A stretch of 49,488 nt of DNA from Chthoniobacterales bacterium (GTDB lineage: Bacteria > Verrucomicrobiota > Verrucomicrobiia > Chthoniobacterales > JAFAMB01): assembly GCA_035938215.1 (NCBI GenBank), contig DASZHC010000089.1, forward strand, positions 1 through 49,488, written 5' to 3'. Shown here in pieces: positions 35,297 through 43,968 of this stretch (its first letter is position 1; the number at the start of each line of letters is the position of its first letter). A program made the translations under genes and the position numbers. Under the pieces are notes generated by a model. The model ran no database searches, was not told the DNA's origin, and saw only the letters and a list, made by a program, of their open reading frames with translations.

Positions 35297-37021
35297 TCAG
35301 CGCTCAGCGTCGTTGATCGGAGTCGCGCTGAGCGTGCGGTCTAAGAAGGCGTCAAAGTCTCCCTTGAATTTCTCACGCGAGCTTTTGTCGATGTAAACCA
35401 TGTGCCCACTCTCGTAAAAAGTGAGTTCAATATTGTCGCGGACAGCAGGATCCAAGTTCATTCCATGGACAACACTCTCCGCGGCGAAGTAGGGAGTTGC
35501 GAGGTCAAAATAACTGCAGCAAACCCAAACTTTGAGATACCGGTTTCTACTCATTGCCTCCTTCAAATTAGCAGCCACGTCGAGGTATTTATTCTCCGCC
35601 AGCGTCCATGGATTAACTTCCGCAATCGTTTCATATGGGAGATCAGTTTCAAACTTCAGTTCCCGTCTTACATAGTCGTTGAACGCCGAAGTAAAAGGCC
35701 CGTTTACCGCCTGACCGCTCGGATCAAACTCTTGACGGTCTGTGCCAGGATATAGACGAATTCCGGTGAATCGGCTGTCAAATCGTCCGATCGAACGGCT
35801 TTGATCCTTCAAAAGATCATTGACAAACCGGCCATCTGTCTCTCGCAACGCCAATTGTTTGAGATAGTTCGCACTGAGACCGGTTAATCGCGCCAACTCG
35901 TTGGCGACACGATCCTGGTCTGGCTGAGGAAGCGCGTCTCCGCGGGAGAGAGCGAGAAGGTAGTCGTTCCTGGCGAACGATTCTGCCTTGTTCAACACTT
36001 CCCTCAGCGGCATACTCAGCAGATCCGAAGAGAGCTTATTGTGGTACCACGCGCTTGCGGTATAGGTAGGCAAATAGAGTGCATAAGGAACATCATTTCC
36101 CGAGGCAAAATCGATCGTTTGAAAATTCAGTACGGAACTGATCAAAACAATCCCGTTTACATATAATCCATAGCGATCCTGCAGATAATCGCTCAGACCC
36201 GCCGCGCGCGTTGCTCCATAGCTTTCGCCGGCAATTATTTTCGGCGATGACCATCGCTCGTACCGGGTCGTCCAGAGCCGAATAAAATCACCCACATTCG
36301 CAACGTCCTGCTTATATCCATGGAACTGTTTTGCATCTTCCCCGGGCGCAGGCCGGCTGTAGCCGGTCGACACAGGGTCGATGAAAACAAGATCGGTCTT
36401 GTCGAGCCAAGTTGATTCATTATCGACAAATTTGACGGGCGGGGGAAGCGTCTCACCGCGGTCCGACAATAAAACACGCCGGGGACCCAGTCCCCCCATG
36501 TGGAGCCAAACAGAGGAGGAGCCGGGACCACCATTGAAAGCAAATGTCACAGGCCTCATCGAGGCGTCCGCAACTCCATTCAAGAGGTAGGCTACAAAGA
36601 ATATCGCTGCCTTTGGTTTTCCTTTGGCGAGATCCAGCTGGGAACGAGCGTTCTGCTTGCCGGAATCCTTCTCGCTTTCTGCGGCACCGCGCGCGTCCTC
36701 TTTCGTATCACGTAGAAGGAGATAACCGGTAATCGTCTTGTAACTAAGCGTTTTGCCGCCCGGCAAGGTAACCGCATGTTCCGTAGTGACCGGCAGCGGC
36801 GGCTGCAAATCCCCTTTTTCAACTTTTTCGGTTTCTTCCTTTTTTGCCTCTTTTCCTCCCTTGTCGTCTCTCTCCGCTTTGTTTTCCTGTGGAGTCGGAC
36901 TCTCTCTCACCTCTTCATCCGATGCTTTCAAATCGGGAGACGCTCCGAACGCAAATTTCGCAACCAGGGCTAACAACAAAAAAATGAAGGGCCTGCGGAG
37001 AAACAATGAATCAATCGTCAT
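35297..37021 (-). CDS. Peptidase S10 (serine carboxypeptidase) family, secreted
   Basis: 574 aa with a signal peptide and a Lys/Glu-rich low-complexity segment. Motifs FNGGPGSSS and the catalytic IAGESYG. Confidence 0.85.
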   Translation of the reverse strand: MTIDSLFLRRPFIFLLLALVAKFAFGASPDLKASDEEVRESPTPQENKAERDDKGGKEAKKEETEKVEKGDLQPPLPVTTEHAVTLPGGKTLSYKTITGYLLLRDTKEDARGAAESEKDSGKQNARSQLDLAKGKPKAAIFFVAYLLNGVADASMRPVTFAFNGGPGSSSVWLHMGGLGPRRVLLSDRGETLPPPVKFVDNESTWLDKTDLVFIDPVSTGYSRPAPGEDAKQFHGYKQDVANVGDFIRLWTTRYERWSSPKIIAGESYGATRAAGLSDYLQDRYGLYVNGIVLISSVLNFQTIDFASGNDVPYALYLPTYTASAWYHNKLSSDLLSMPLREVLNKAESFARNDYLLALSRGDALPQPDQDRVANELARLTGLSANYLKQLALRETDGRFVNDLLKDQSRSIGRFDSRFTGIRLYPGTDRQEFDPSGQAVNGPFTSAFNDYVRRELKFETDLPYETIAEVNPWTLAENKYLDVAANLKEAMSRNRYLKVWVCCSYFDLATPYFAAESVVHGMNLDPAVRDNIELTFYESGHMVYIDKSSREKFKGDFDAFLDRTLSATPINDAER

Positions 37022-37169
37022 AGATAGGTTGTGTCAGAGAGAAAGCTACATTCCCGTCAAAGATAAAGGAGCGCGAAACTCTCCGCTCTCCAAGCACAAT
37101 GTAGTCGTTTCTCGGCTCTGAATCGATACGTAAGGAGAAGCTTCTACGGAGATGCAGATCGATTTAGAT

Positions 37170-37240
37170 ATGCTCGTCGCTCGCGCCTTGAAAAACAGCC
37201 AACTGACCCGCGGCGAAAGACATGCTATTTCGGGGACAGG
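37170..37240 (-). repeat. Degenerate family A-related X + Y modules
   Basis: TCGCTCGCGCCTTGAAAAACAGCCAACTGACC (37177-37208) is the reverse complement of the 30834-30866 module. GCGAAAGACATGCTATTTCGGGGACA (37213-37238) matches 30892-30918 in reverse. Confidence 0.65.
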
Positions 37241-37362
37241 ACACCAGGGCCAAAGCGCGGCTTTGATGCCAGCTCGGCTTTGACATCCAGACAGCAGAAA
37301 AGCGGCGAACTAAAGTGTGCAAACAGACGAATCAGAACGGCCGCCTCGGAGATCCGGCCCTC

Positions 37363-38058
37363 ATGACAATTCCTCCTCCTCCGTCCTTCCCACTCGCAAA
37401 AGACCGCTTGTCGCAGCCTTTGCAGCTTGAGCTTGACTTGACGCTAAGTGAAAAGATTTATTCAGACATCGATCTTTCAACGCAAAACTTTCAGGAATTC
37501 TGCGCGATCTTGGGCGAGTTCGCTCTGCCTAGAGCAATCGTGGATTTCGAGCGAAGCGCCTTTGTGGCTTGGAATCCGAGATTTCTTGAGCGAACGGGAT
37601 CTGCCGAAGATGAAATCAAATCGGCTAAGCCGTTGGAGTTGCTAGCATTTGACGAGCCTTGGCTTCCACTTTCTGACGAGAATGATGTGGGGAAGGCGGA
37701 ATTCATCTCCTGCTCTGTCCGGCGCCCTTTTGGCGCCGACCCGGTACCGGGGTATATCGTCAGATCGCAGACCAGGATCGGTTATGTGATGCTGGACGCT
37801 TTCGCTTCGCCATCGGGTCAATTCGATCAGGGGCGGATTGTGGGCCGGGAGGAAGAACGAAACCGAATTATTAAAGCCTATCATGAGGAGGTTTCTTCTT
37901 CGATGATAGCAGCTTTGTTCCTGGTCGAAACGGCGAAGAGCGAACTGGAAGAGGCGGGATTACCGCAAGTCGAGGCCGTTTCTAAAGCTTCAGAAAAGCT
38001 CACAGAAACGGCGCAGAAAATAGCTGACGTACTGACAAGTCCGGAGGGAAACGAGTGA
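37363..38058 (+). CDS. PAS-like + HisKA_3 (DHp) protein lacking an HATPase domain
   Basis: Start set at ATG 37363, because the ORF-track GTG 37315 lies in repeat C DNA. PAS-like LPRAIVDFERSAFVAWNPRFLERTG. H-box EERNRIIKAYHEEVSSSM. The protein ends ~65 aa after the His. Confidence 0.7.
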   Translation: MTIPPPPSFPLAKDRLSQPLQLELDLTLSEKIYSDIDLSTQNFQEFCAILGEFALPRAIVDFERSAFVAWNPRFLERTGSAEDEIKSAKPLELLAFDEPWLPLSDENDVGKAEFISCSVRRPFGADPVPGYIVRSQTRIGYVMLDAFASPSGQFDQGRIVGREEERNRIIKAYHEEVSSSMIAALFLVETAKSELEEAGLPQVEAVSKASEKLTETAQKIADVLTSPEGNE

Positions 38059-38122
38059 GCTCGAAGCCCCCTCTTCTCCAGGAACTGGTGGGTGGATGCT
38101 CTTGAGCCGCTGGAGAGGCATG

Positions 38123-38524
38123 TTATTTTTCGACCACTTTTAAGATAGTCTCTACTAGCTCGGCTGGACCGAACGGCTTCGGCAAGCACGCCTGGAAACC
38201 GGCATGAAGTACGCGCGCGCGATCTGCGCGAGTCACCAACGCGGTCATAGCGATAACTGGTACGTCGCCTCCGGCATCAGGTCCAAGGCTTCGGATGTCG
38301 CCTAGCAAGCCGAACCCATCTTGTCCTGGCATCACAATATCAGACAACACAATATTTGGGCGATAAGTCTTGACGGCCTCGAGGCCTTCCAACGCATTCC
38401 TTGCCGCAACGACTTTTGCACCCAAGCGACTCAAGAAGGCACCCAAATACCCTCGTATCTCGTCGTGATCTTCCACAACAACGATCATAAGATTGCTGAA
38501 ACGATTGGGCGACATAAAGGCCAT
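38123..38524 (-). CDS. Single-domain response-regulator receiver
   Basis: 133 aa with VVVEDHDE, LSDIVMPGQDG, IAMTA and LPKPF. Confidence 0.9.
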   Translation of the reverse strand: MAFMSPNRFSNLMIVVVEDHDEIRGYLGAFLSRLGAKVVAARNALEGLEAVKTYRPNIVLSDIVMPGQDGFGLLGDIRSLGPDAGGDVPVIAMTALVTRADRARVLHAGFQACLPKPFGPAELVETILKVVEK

Positions 38525-38804
38525 CCTACGATGACATGCGATCGTCTAGTTCGCATGCATCGCCCTTATCGGCCTTCAGGCAAGCTTCGAAATGGCAAAA
38601 GAAGATCCAATAACGGCTGAGACAGCAATTTTTCTCAATTTTTTTGCAATTATTGTCTGCGCCTGGGGTTCGCCTGCACACAGGTGGCGCGATGGCTTCA
38701 GCAATTAAAGCGCTGTTGAGCCCTCGGGCAGCGTCGCCCTCTCCGCCGCCGACAAGGCGTACTCGGGTTGAGTCTTCAACCACTTTTCCCAGGTCGTCGC
38801 GCGC

Positions 38805-39311
38805 TCATTTCCTCGCATCGAAGGTTCGGCGCCACATTCCGGCCAGTGTATTGAAGGTCTTTAAAACGACCTTGTCGACGGCAGATCTTCGGTGGCTTGC
38901 CAGCCGTACCGAGTACGTTCGGTGTCTTCGAATTGTATTCGTCGTTTTTACCTTAGCGATTGGCGGTCCCTCCGTAGCCTTACGACTTAGTGGCTGTTGA
39001 ATCGGCGGGCTAAGAGCCTCGATTGAAGATGTAGTGGATTCAGAGTGAGTCTCCGGCAGGGCAACAGCCGTTACGGACTGAGGGCGTACTTCTGGAGCCG
39101 ATTCAGCCCGAGGTTCCAAGCCGGCGGTCGGAGTGGTGGCGAGCACAGGGGCATGTGTCTCATTCGCCAGGAGTTGATTTGCACTTCTACCGAAAAGAAC
39201 AATGGAGAAGCAAATTGAGGCTAGCAAAATCAAGAAGCCAAAAACCCAAAGCCAGTCGCTTGACGCGAATTTTCCCTGACTTGCGTTTTCCAGACTTGAA
39301 CTCATGTCCAC
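38805..39311 (-). CDS. Hypothetical single-pass membrane protein
   Basis: 168 aa. TM helix WLWVFGFLILLASICFSIVLF, a Thr/Ser/Pro-rich middle and a basic C-terminus. No family recognised. Confidence 0.5.
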   Translation of the reverse strand: MDMSSSLENASQGKFASSDWLWVFGFLILLASICFSIVLFGRSANQLLANETHAPVLATTPTAGLEPRAESAPEVRPQSVTAVALPETHSESTTSSIEALSPPIQQPLSRKATEGPPIAKVKTTNTIRRHRTYSVRLASHRRSAVDKVVLKTFNTLAGMWRRTFDARK

Positions 39312-39465
39312 TCCGATTTATCAGGGCATCATCAAATCACAGATTCTCAATTTTCGAAATCAGGCTTTGCCCTGAGCATCTCGCGCAATCCGGCGGAGGC
39401 CCCAGTAAACCTCGCAGGCCCCCGCGCGAGCACGCCCTGTGCGGCTGAACGAACCAACAAGGCCT

Positions 39466-39515
39466 GGCTAGTGCTTCAAAAATACCTGTGGTTATGTTAC
39501 TTGTGCAAGGAACTT
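39466..39515 (+). repeat. Family E direct repeat, copy 2
   Basis: GGCTAGTGCTTCAAAAATACCTGTGGTTATGTTACTTGTGCAAGGAACTT. It abuts the point where receiver-domain homology ends. Confidence 0.7.
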
Positions 39516-39522
39516 GAAAATG

Positions 39523-39651
39523 GAGCTGCAGGTCGGTCAACAGCAGATCGAATGGCTTTTCCGCGTTGGTAGCCAAGGCAAGTGCCTCTTGGACATTCCG
39601 GGCCGAGTCAGTCCGATGACCGAGACCGCGGAGAAATAGTTCCAGCATCGG
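39523..39651 (-). pseudogene. Receiver-domain remnant (N-terminal half only)
   Basis: PMLELFLRGLGHRTDSARNVQEALALATNAEKPFDLLLTDLQL resembles REC beta1-beta3 up to the phospho-Asp. The expected PxxxG continuation is replaced by repeat E sequence. Stops and frame changes lie upstream. Confidence 0.5.
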
Positions 39652-39765
39652 CAGAGAGGGTAGGCGCATCGGCCAAGCTTACAATCATGTTGCAAGCAAA
39701 GGAAAGAAATTTGGGCTGTGGACGCAATGAGCAAATTCGGCTTCAATGTCGAAATAGCAATATCT

Positions 39766-39954
39766 TTCGTTGCGATCAAAATGGGCCGCCGGCAAGGCGG
39801 TCCGAGCCGGACTGGCGTTAGAGGGCGCATCCCGCTCCACTTTCTAATAATCCTGGTACTCTCGCTCTCTGGGGCGGCATGAAAGTGGGGCGGGACGTAA
39901 CCGAGGAGCAACGCAGCCGCCGGCCCATTTTCATCGCAACCCTATGGGCCGCGG
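39766..39954 (-). repeat. Family B long-hairpin element, copy 2 (inverted relative to 24286..24492; outer TIRs missing)
   Basis: GCATCCCGCTCCACTTTCTAATAATCC...GAAAGTGGGGCGGGACGT plus the arms GATCAAAATGGGCCGCCGGCAAGG / GCCGCCGGCCCATTTTCATC. It aligns along its length with the reverse complement of copy 1, and an X-like module follows (39955-39986). Confidence 0.8.
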
Positions 39955-40358
39955 CCAGTTGGCTGTTTTTCCGCGAGGCTCGGGCGCCCCTCGCTCGGTC
40001 GACGAAGGCGCCGACACGATCACGTCTCGCCATGAAATACCCAAGGTGGGAGCCCGTGCGTGAATCATGCGCGCCAGGGATCTGTGGCGGGGGGTTGCCC
40101 GGTGATGGGTATTCAAACGGCAGATTATCGCGATGGAGGCAATCACCGATTCAAAACCGCCAAAGAGAGAGAAGGAATGACAGCGCACTACAATGTATTT
40201 TCAGATGCAGCCTCGACAAACGGCAACTCTTTCTGCTACGTCCAGAAGGCACGTTCAAAACGATCTTCTGCAAAGCTGGGTCCACACCAAATCCCTGCCT
40301 AGCCCCGCGGCCCGCCGGGAGCGACTTGAATGGTGAAGCTCAGACTTTTGTAAGGCTC

Positions 40359-40748
40359 ATGAAAGGTGATTCAGGCGTGGTTCTTGCCGGGCGACTCCTG
40401 GCCAAAGCGGCACCTTCCTTTTATAGATCGACACGCGTCCCAAAACAGGAGCTCGCCCGAACTCTTAGCGCAATCTCCATTTATCTCGCCGAAATCGCGG
40501 AAGCTTTGCGGTTCGGGGGTTCTCCGGTTCCATCCTCGGCGCAGCTTCGGGCGAAAACCATCACCTTGATCATTGTTGCGCGTGAAGCAGTGCCCGAGGA
40601 GGTTGTCCGGGAAATCGCTCGTCAGTTAGTCTACTGCTCAAGATTTCTGGTTCTGTTTGACGACGGTCATCCGTCAGTTGACGCAGCATCCGAGTACGAG
40701 GCCGTGTCGAAGATATTCAAAAATGTTTCGGAACGGCTAGCCAGTTAA
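40359..40748 (+). CDS. Hypothetical protein
   Basis: In-frame ATG inside ORF 39879..40748, whose upstream part is repeat DNA. 129 aa, no recognisable motif. Confidence 0.35.
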   Translation: MKGDSGVVLAGRLLAKAAPSFYRSTRVPKQELARTLSAISIYLAEIAEALRFGGSPVPSSAQLRAKTITLIIVAREAVPEEVVREIARQLVYCSRFLVLFDDGHPSVDAASEYEAVSKIFKNVSERLAS

Positions 40749-40973
40749 GGCAGGCCAACAAAACATGAAGCAGCATAAAGCCGCACCAGCGCCTTTAATG
40801 GTTTTCACTTAGCTAACCTTCGCAGATTTGCGAAAGTCGAGTTAGGACAGACACGCTTGGAGTCGCTAGTAAATAGTTTCCCCAAAAAGCGGGCTAAATG
40901 TTTCGCAGAAGCGTCATCTGGAGGCACTGCGGGTAAGCTGCCGTCGTTTTTCTGGCCCCGGCGGAGGTCGTCA

Positions 40974-41366
40974 TTACCCCCGATAGAGAAGCACTTCGCA
41001 GCCGCCCACTCGATGGTGCTCCAGCGGTGTCCCTGCTTGTCGGAAAGCTTCTTCGCTGATGGGCCAGATACTTGAGTGACTTACCTTCCGATGGGGGCCT
41101 GGGTTAAGGATAAAGAGGACATCGTCTCCAGCTTGTAGTTCAAGTTCCAGGTTGCGCAGGCGTTTACCCCCCTCATCGACGCTTTTCATTTTGATGATGC
41201 AGTGCACAGGCTCGCCTGCGGATTCGTCGTGTGCCGTATTGGTGATCATTGCCTGATATTCAAAGAAAGAGTAATGGCTCATCAGTTTTTTTGACGCAGC
41301 GGACTTACTCATAATTCGATCGATGCGGAGCTTTATGCTCTTTTGAATTTGTTCTGTCTCAGCCAA
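40974..41366 (-). CDS. Hypothetical protein
   Basis: 130-aa ORF with a TTG start; internal ATGs are possible. No recognisable motif. Confidence 0.35.
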   Translation of the reverse strand: MAETEQIQKSIKLRIDRIMSKSAASKKLMSHYSFFEYQAMITNTAHDESAGEPVHCIIKMKSVDEGGKRLRNLELELQAGDDVLFILNPGPHRKVSHSSIWPISEEAFRQAGTPLEHHRVGGCEVLLYRG

Positions 41367-41484
41367 TGGCAGGCGGCTATAAGGACTATAACTGGTGGAA
41401 AATTACCCTGAAGACCTTTTTATGATGGGGATCACTGATTAGCGCACTTTTGGTAGGTCTCGGAGCTCCTCTGGTAGCCTCAGG

Positions 41485-41655
41485 GTGTTGGCGGAGCCGT
41501 TTCTCGTGGGTTTCACCGATTTTCAGATGCCTTCGGAAATCCTAGGTTGTGTCATGAGGCAACGTCGCATTTCGCTGGGAACGGTAAAGACCCGACTTCA
41601 TTTAGCTCAGCGCAAACTGCATAAATTTCTTCTGCCGATTCACCACAAGATATGA
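41485..41655 (+). pseudogene. ECF sigma-70 region-4 fragment
   Basis: Hand translation gives VLAEPFLVGFTDFQMPSEILGCVMRQRRISLGTVKTRLHLAQRKLHKFL, which resembles the region-4 HTH (GTVKSRLHRAR consensus). No region 2 is found upstream. Below the ORF-track cutoff. Confidence 0.5.
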
Positions 41656-41672
41656 TTGTGTTATGGGAAAGA

Positions 41673-42359
41673 TCACTCCTGCTGCGAGACCCAATCGATC
41701 GCAAAGCGCACCATGTCTTCCGAATCGGGAAATCCTAACTTCTCCTTAATGTGAGCACGGTGGGTCTCAATCGTTTTGACACTCAAATGGAGCGTATCCG
41801 CGATTGACCTCGTAGAATGACCCTTGCCGAGAAGCTGGAGTACCTCCAGTTCCCTGTCTGAAAGCATGTCGACCGGCGACCCCGTACCCAATTCAACCGA
41901 CTGTATCGCTTTAAAAATGAGCTTATCGCTAAAGTTCGGACTTACGTAGATCTTGCCCCGGAGCACTTTGGTAATAGCCTCTGCAACTTGAGCCATCGCC
42001 TCTGCTTTCATCACGTAGCCCATCGCTCCGGCTTTCAGGGCCCTCAGACCGAAGACGGCCTCGTCATGCATCGAAACAACAAGAATAGGCAGATGAGGCT
42101 GCTCCGCTTTCATCAACTTGATCAACTCAATACCGTTCGTTCCGCGTAACGACAGATCGAGCAGAACGAGGTCCGGCTGGAACTTCCTCATCGCCTCGAG
42201 AGCCAGCGGTGCAGACTCTGCATGGCCACAAACTTCGAGATGAGGTTGTTCTGAAATCAAACCAGCCAAACCAAGGCGAAATATCGGATGATCATCAACA
42301 ATCAGAACCCGCTTCTTCGGATTCTGAACCTGATTGGTGCCTTCATCTTGGGTGTCCAT
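41673..42359 (-). CDS. NarL/FixJ-family response regulator (REC + LuxR HTH)
   Basis: 228 aa with VLIVDDHPIF, LVLLDLSLRGTNG and MGYVMKAE. HTH region LSDRELEVLQLLGKGHSTRSIADTLHLSVKTIETHRAHI. Confidence 0.92.
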   Translation of the reverse strand: MDTQDEGTNQVQNPKKRVLIVDDHPIFRLGLAGLISEQPHLEVCGHAESAPLALEAMRKFQPDLVLLDLSLRGTNGIELIKLMKAEQPHLPILVVSMHDEAVFGLRALKAGAMGYVMKAEAMAQVAEAITKVLRGKIYVSPNFSDKLIFKAIQSVELGTGSPVDMLSDRELEVLQLLGKGHSTRSIADTLHLSVKTIETHRAHIKEKLGFPDSEDMVRFAIDWVSQQE

Positions 42360-42469
42360 AGCTTCCAGACGAGCACTCCGTCATTTCCATTGCACCACCG
42401 AAGAAGTTGGCCTTTCTGACAATGTCCGCCTCAGACGCTGGTGTACCCGTTAAATATATACCATATAGA

Positions 42470-43132
42470 TTAATCGTAATCTGCGGTGCGCCGAGTAAGA
42501 TTTTGAAGGTCTATGACCGCTGTATTCAACAACTCAGCAAGATCGGAAGCCTGCTGTGCGAAACCATCATCGAGTCCCCGGACCTTTCCAGCGAGCACCT
42601 TGCATCCAAACGCCGCCCCGAGAAGTTTCTGCGAAACGTTCTTATGAAGTTCGTCGCGAATCCTGGATCGCTCCATCGCCCGGCCCCTAGAAAATCCCGG
42701 CTGATCGCTCGTCCGAGGATCCGCCGCTGACGAAGGAATAAAAACACATGCGATCAGCGGATCGACCGTCTCCTGCTGGATTCTTCCCGCACTCCGCATC
42801 TCAAAATTTCTTTTCCGACCGCGCCTCAAACTCAACCGCACGCGCGCTTTGGCGGGCTCAAATCTGGCAGCCGCGGCGACCCAGTCCGCCCTTTCGTCCT
42901 TGTTCATAGAGGGCAAAATGCCATCGACAAACCAGAGGCGATAATCAGCGATTCCTGTCGAGACGATAAGGTCCGCAAAGAGACGATTGAACGCCGTGAC
43001 CTCCATCGTTTCCGGAGAGATACGAAGAGCTGGCAAGCCTATATGCTGCATCAGACGGCATATCCAGTCGGACGACGTCCCCGAATTCGTCTCTTCACAC
43101 GAATTCCTCTCTTCTTGTCTCAATTGTTTCAT
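42470..43132 (-). CDS. PAS-like + HisKA_3 (DHp) protein lacking an HATPase domain
   Basis: ATG 43132-43130 overlaps the upstream receiver's TGA (TGATG). H-box ERSRIRDELHKNVSQKL. The protein ends ~65 aa after the His, and a 110-nt non-coding spacer follows. Confidence 0.75.
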   Translation of the reverse strand: MKQLRQEERNSCEETNSGTSSDWICRLMQHIGLPALRISPETMEVTAFNRLFADLIVSTGIADYRLWFVDGILPSMNKDERADWVAAAARFEPAKARVRLSLRRGRKRNFEMRSAGRIQQETVDPLIACVFIPSSAADPRTSDQPGFSRGRAMERSRIRDELHKNVSQKLLGAAFGCKVLAGKVRGLDDGFAQQASDLAELLNTAVIDLQNLTRRTADYD

Positions 43133-43581
43133 CAGCAAACTTTGCAGTCCTTTTTACTTGATCCACTCCGGTACTCCCCTTTTGAAGCGTCTTGCTCGCG
43201 ACCGCTTTCTTGATTCTCGACAACCGTTCCGGCTTTCTCCAAAAGCGCAACAAGATCGCCAGGTGTAAACGGCTTTACCAGATGATGGTCATAGCCCACA
43301 GAGCGACTTCTGAGCAAGACCTCTTCGCTTCCGTACCCGCTCATCGAAATAGTAAGACCGGGTCGCTTGCTTTTAATTCTTTCCATAATTTCCCAACCAT
43401 CCCCATCCGGAAGGGCAATGTCACTGATCAGTACGTCGCAAGTCGGTCCCGGAAACAGCTTCAATGCCGTCGCCATATCCTCCGCCGTAGTCACCTCGTG
43501 CCCAAGCTGCTCCAGGTATAGACGGATATACTTTACGGAATCCTGATGATTTTCGACCAAAAACACTCGCAGACCACGCAT
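43132..43581 (-). CDS. Single-domain response-regulator receiver with a polar C-terminal tail
   Basis: 149 aa with FLVENHQD, LISDIALPDGDG, ISMSGY and LVKPF. GGGAGG lies 5 nt upstream of the ATG. Confidence 0.9.
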   Translation of the reverse strand: MRGLRVFLVENHQDSVKYIRLYLEQLGHEVTTAEDMATALKLFPGPTCDVLISDIALPDGDGWEIMERIKSKRPGLTISMSGYGSEEVLLRSRSVGYDHHLVKPFTPGDLVALLEKAGTVVENQESGREQDASKGEYRSGSSKKDCKVC

Positions 43582-43891
43582 ACCAGCCTCCCGTTCGGAA
43601 CATCAACCACTATAGCAATTTCCACTAAATGCCAGTAAACTTACGAGTTTTAGAACCTGAGAAATGCGCGGCGCCCAGGTTTCGCCGCTTATTCTCCGTG
43701 GACAATTCAGCCCGAAGGGTTCAACAGAAGGTAGCAAAGGTAACTGAGGTTTTCTCCGGTTTAAGCTCCAGGCCGCAGAGCAGGTTGCATCCTCGGCAGC
43801 TCGTTCAGCCAAGCGTCTCATTTCCGGTTCTCTGTTGCCTTCGTTTTCTTCTGTTCACAAACACGATCAACAACCGTTCATAAAATTGGCA

Positions 43892-43924
43892 AGAGGCGCA
43901 GATGCATGCAGCGTCTGCGCCTCT
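43892..43924 (-). terminator. Strong hairpin downstream of the 69-aa ORF
   Basis: AGAGGCGCAGA / TCTGCGCCTCT: an 11-bp perfect stem with an 11-nt loop. On the minus strand it is followed by TGCCAATTTTA, a weak U-tract. Confidence 0.5.
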
Positions 43925-43968
43925 GTTAATTCCCTCACTTTCAGCCGGGAGCTATGACCGGCATTTGT

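Noticed and set aside
38526-38783. A Cys-rich 85-aa ORF ending 1 nt before the receiver ATG at 38524
   Set aside because: It has no recognisable motif, an odd composition and no visible ribosome-binding site. The tight spacing is suggestive but not enough to call a gene. It would need conservation or Ribo-seq evidence.
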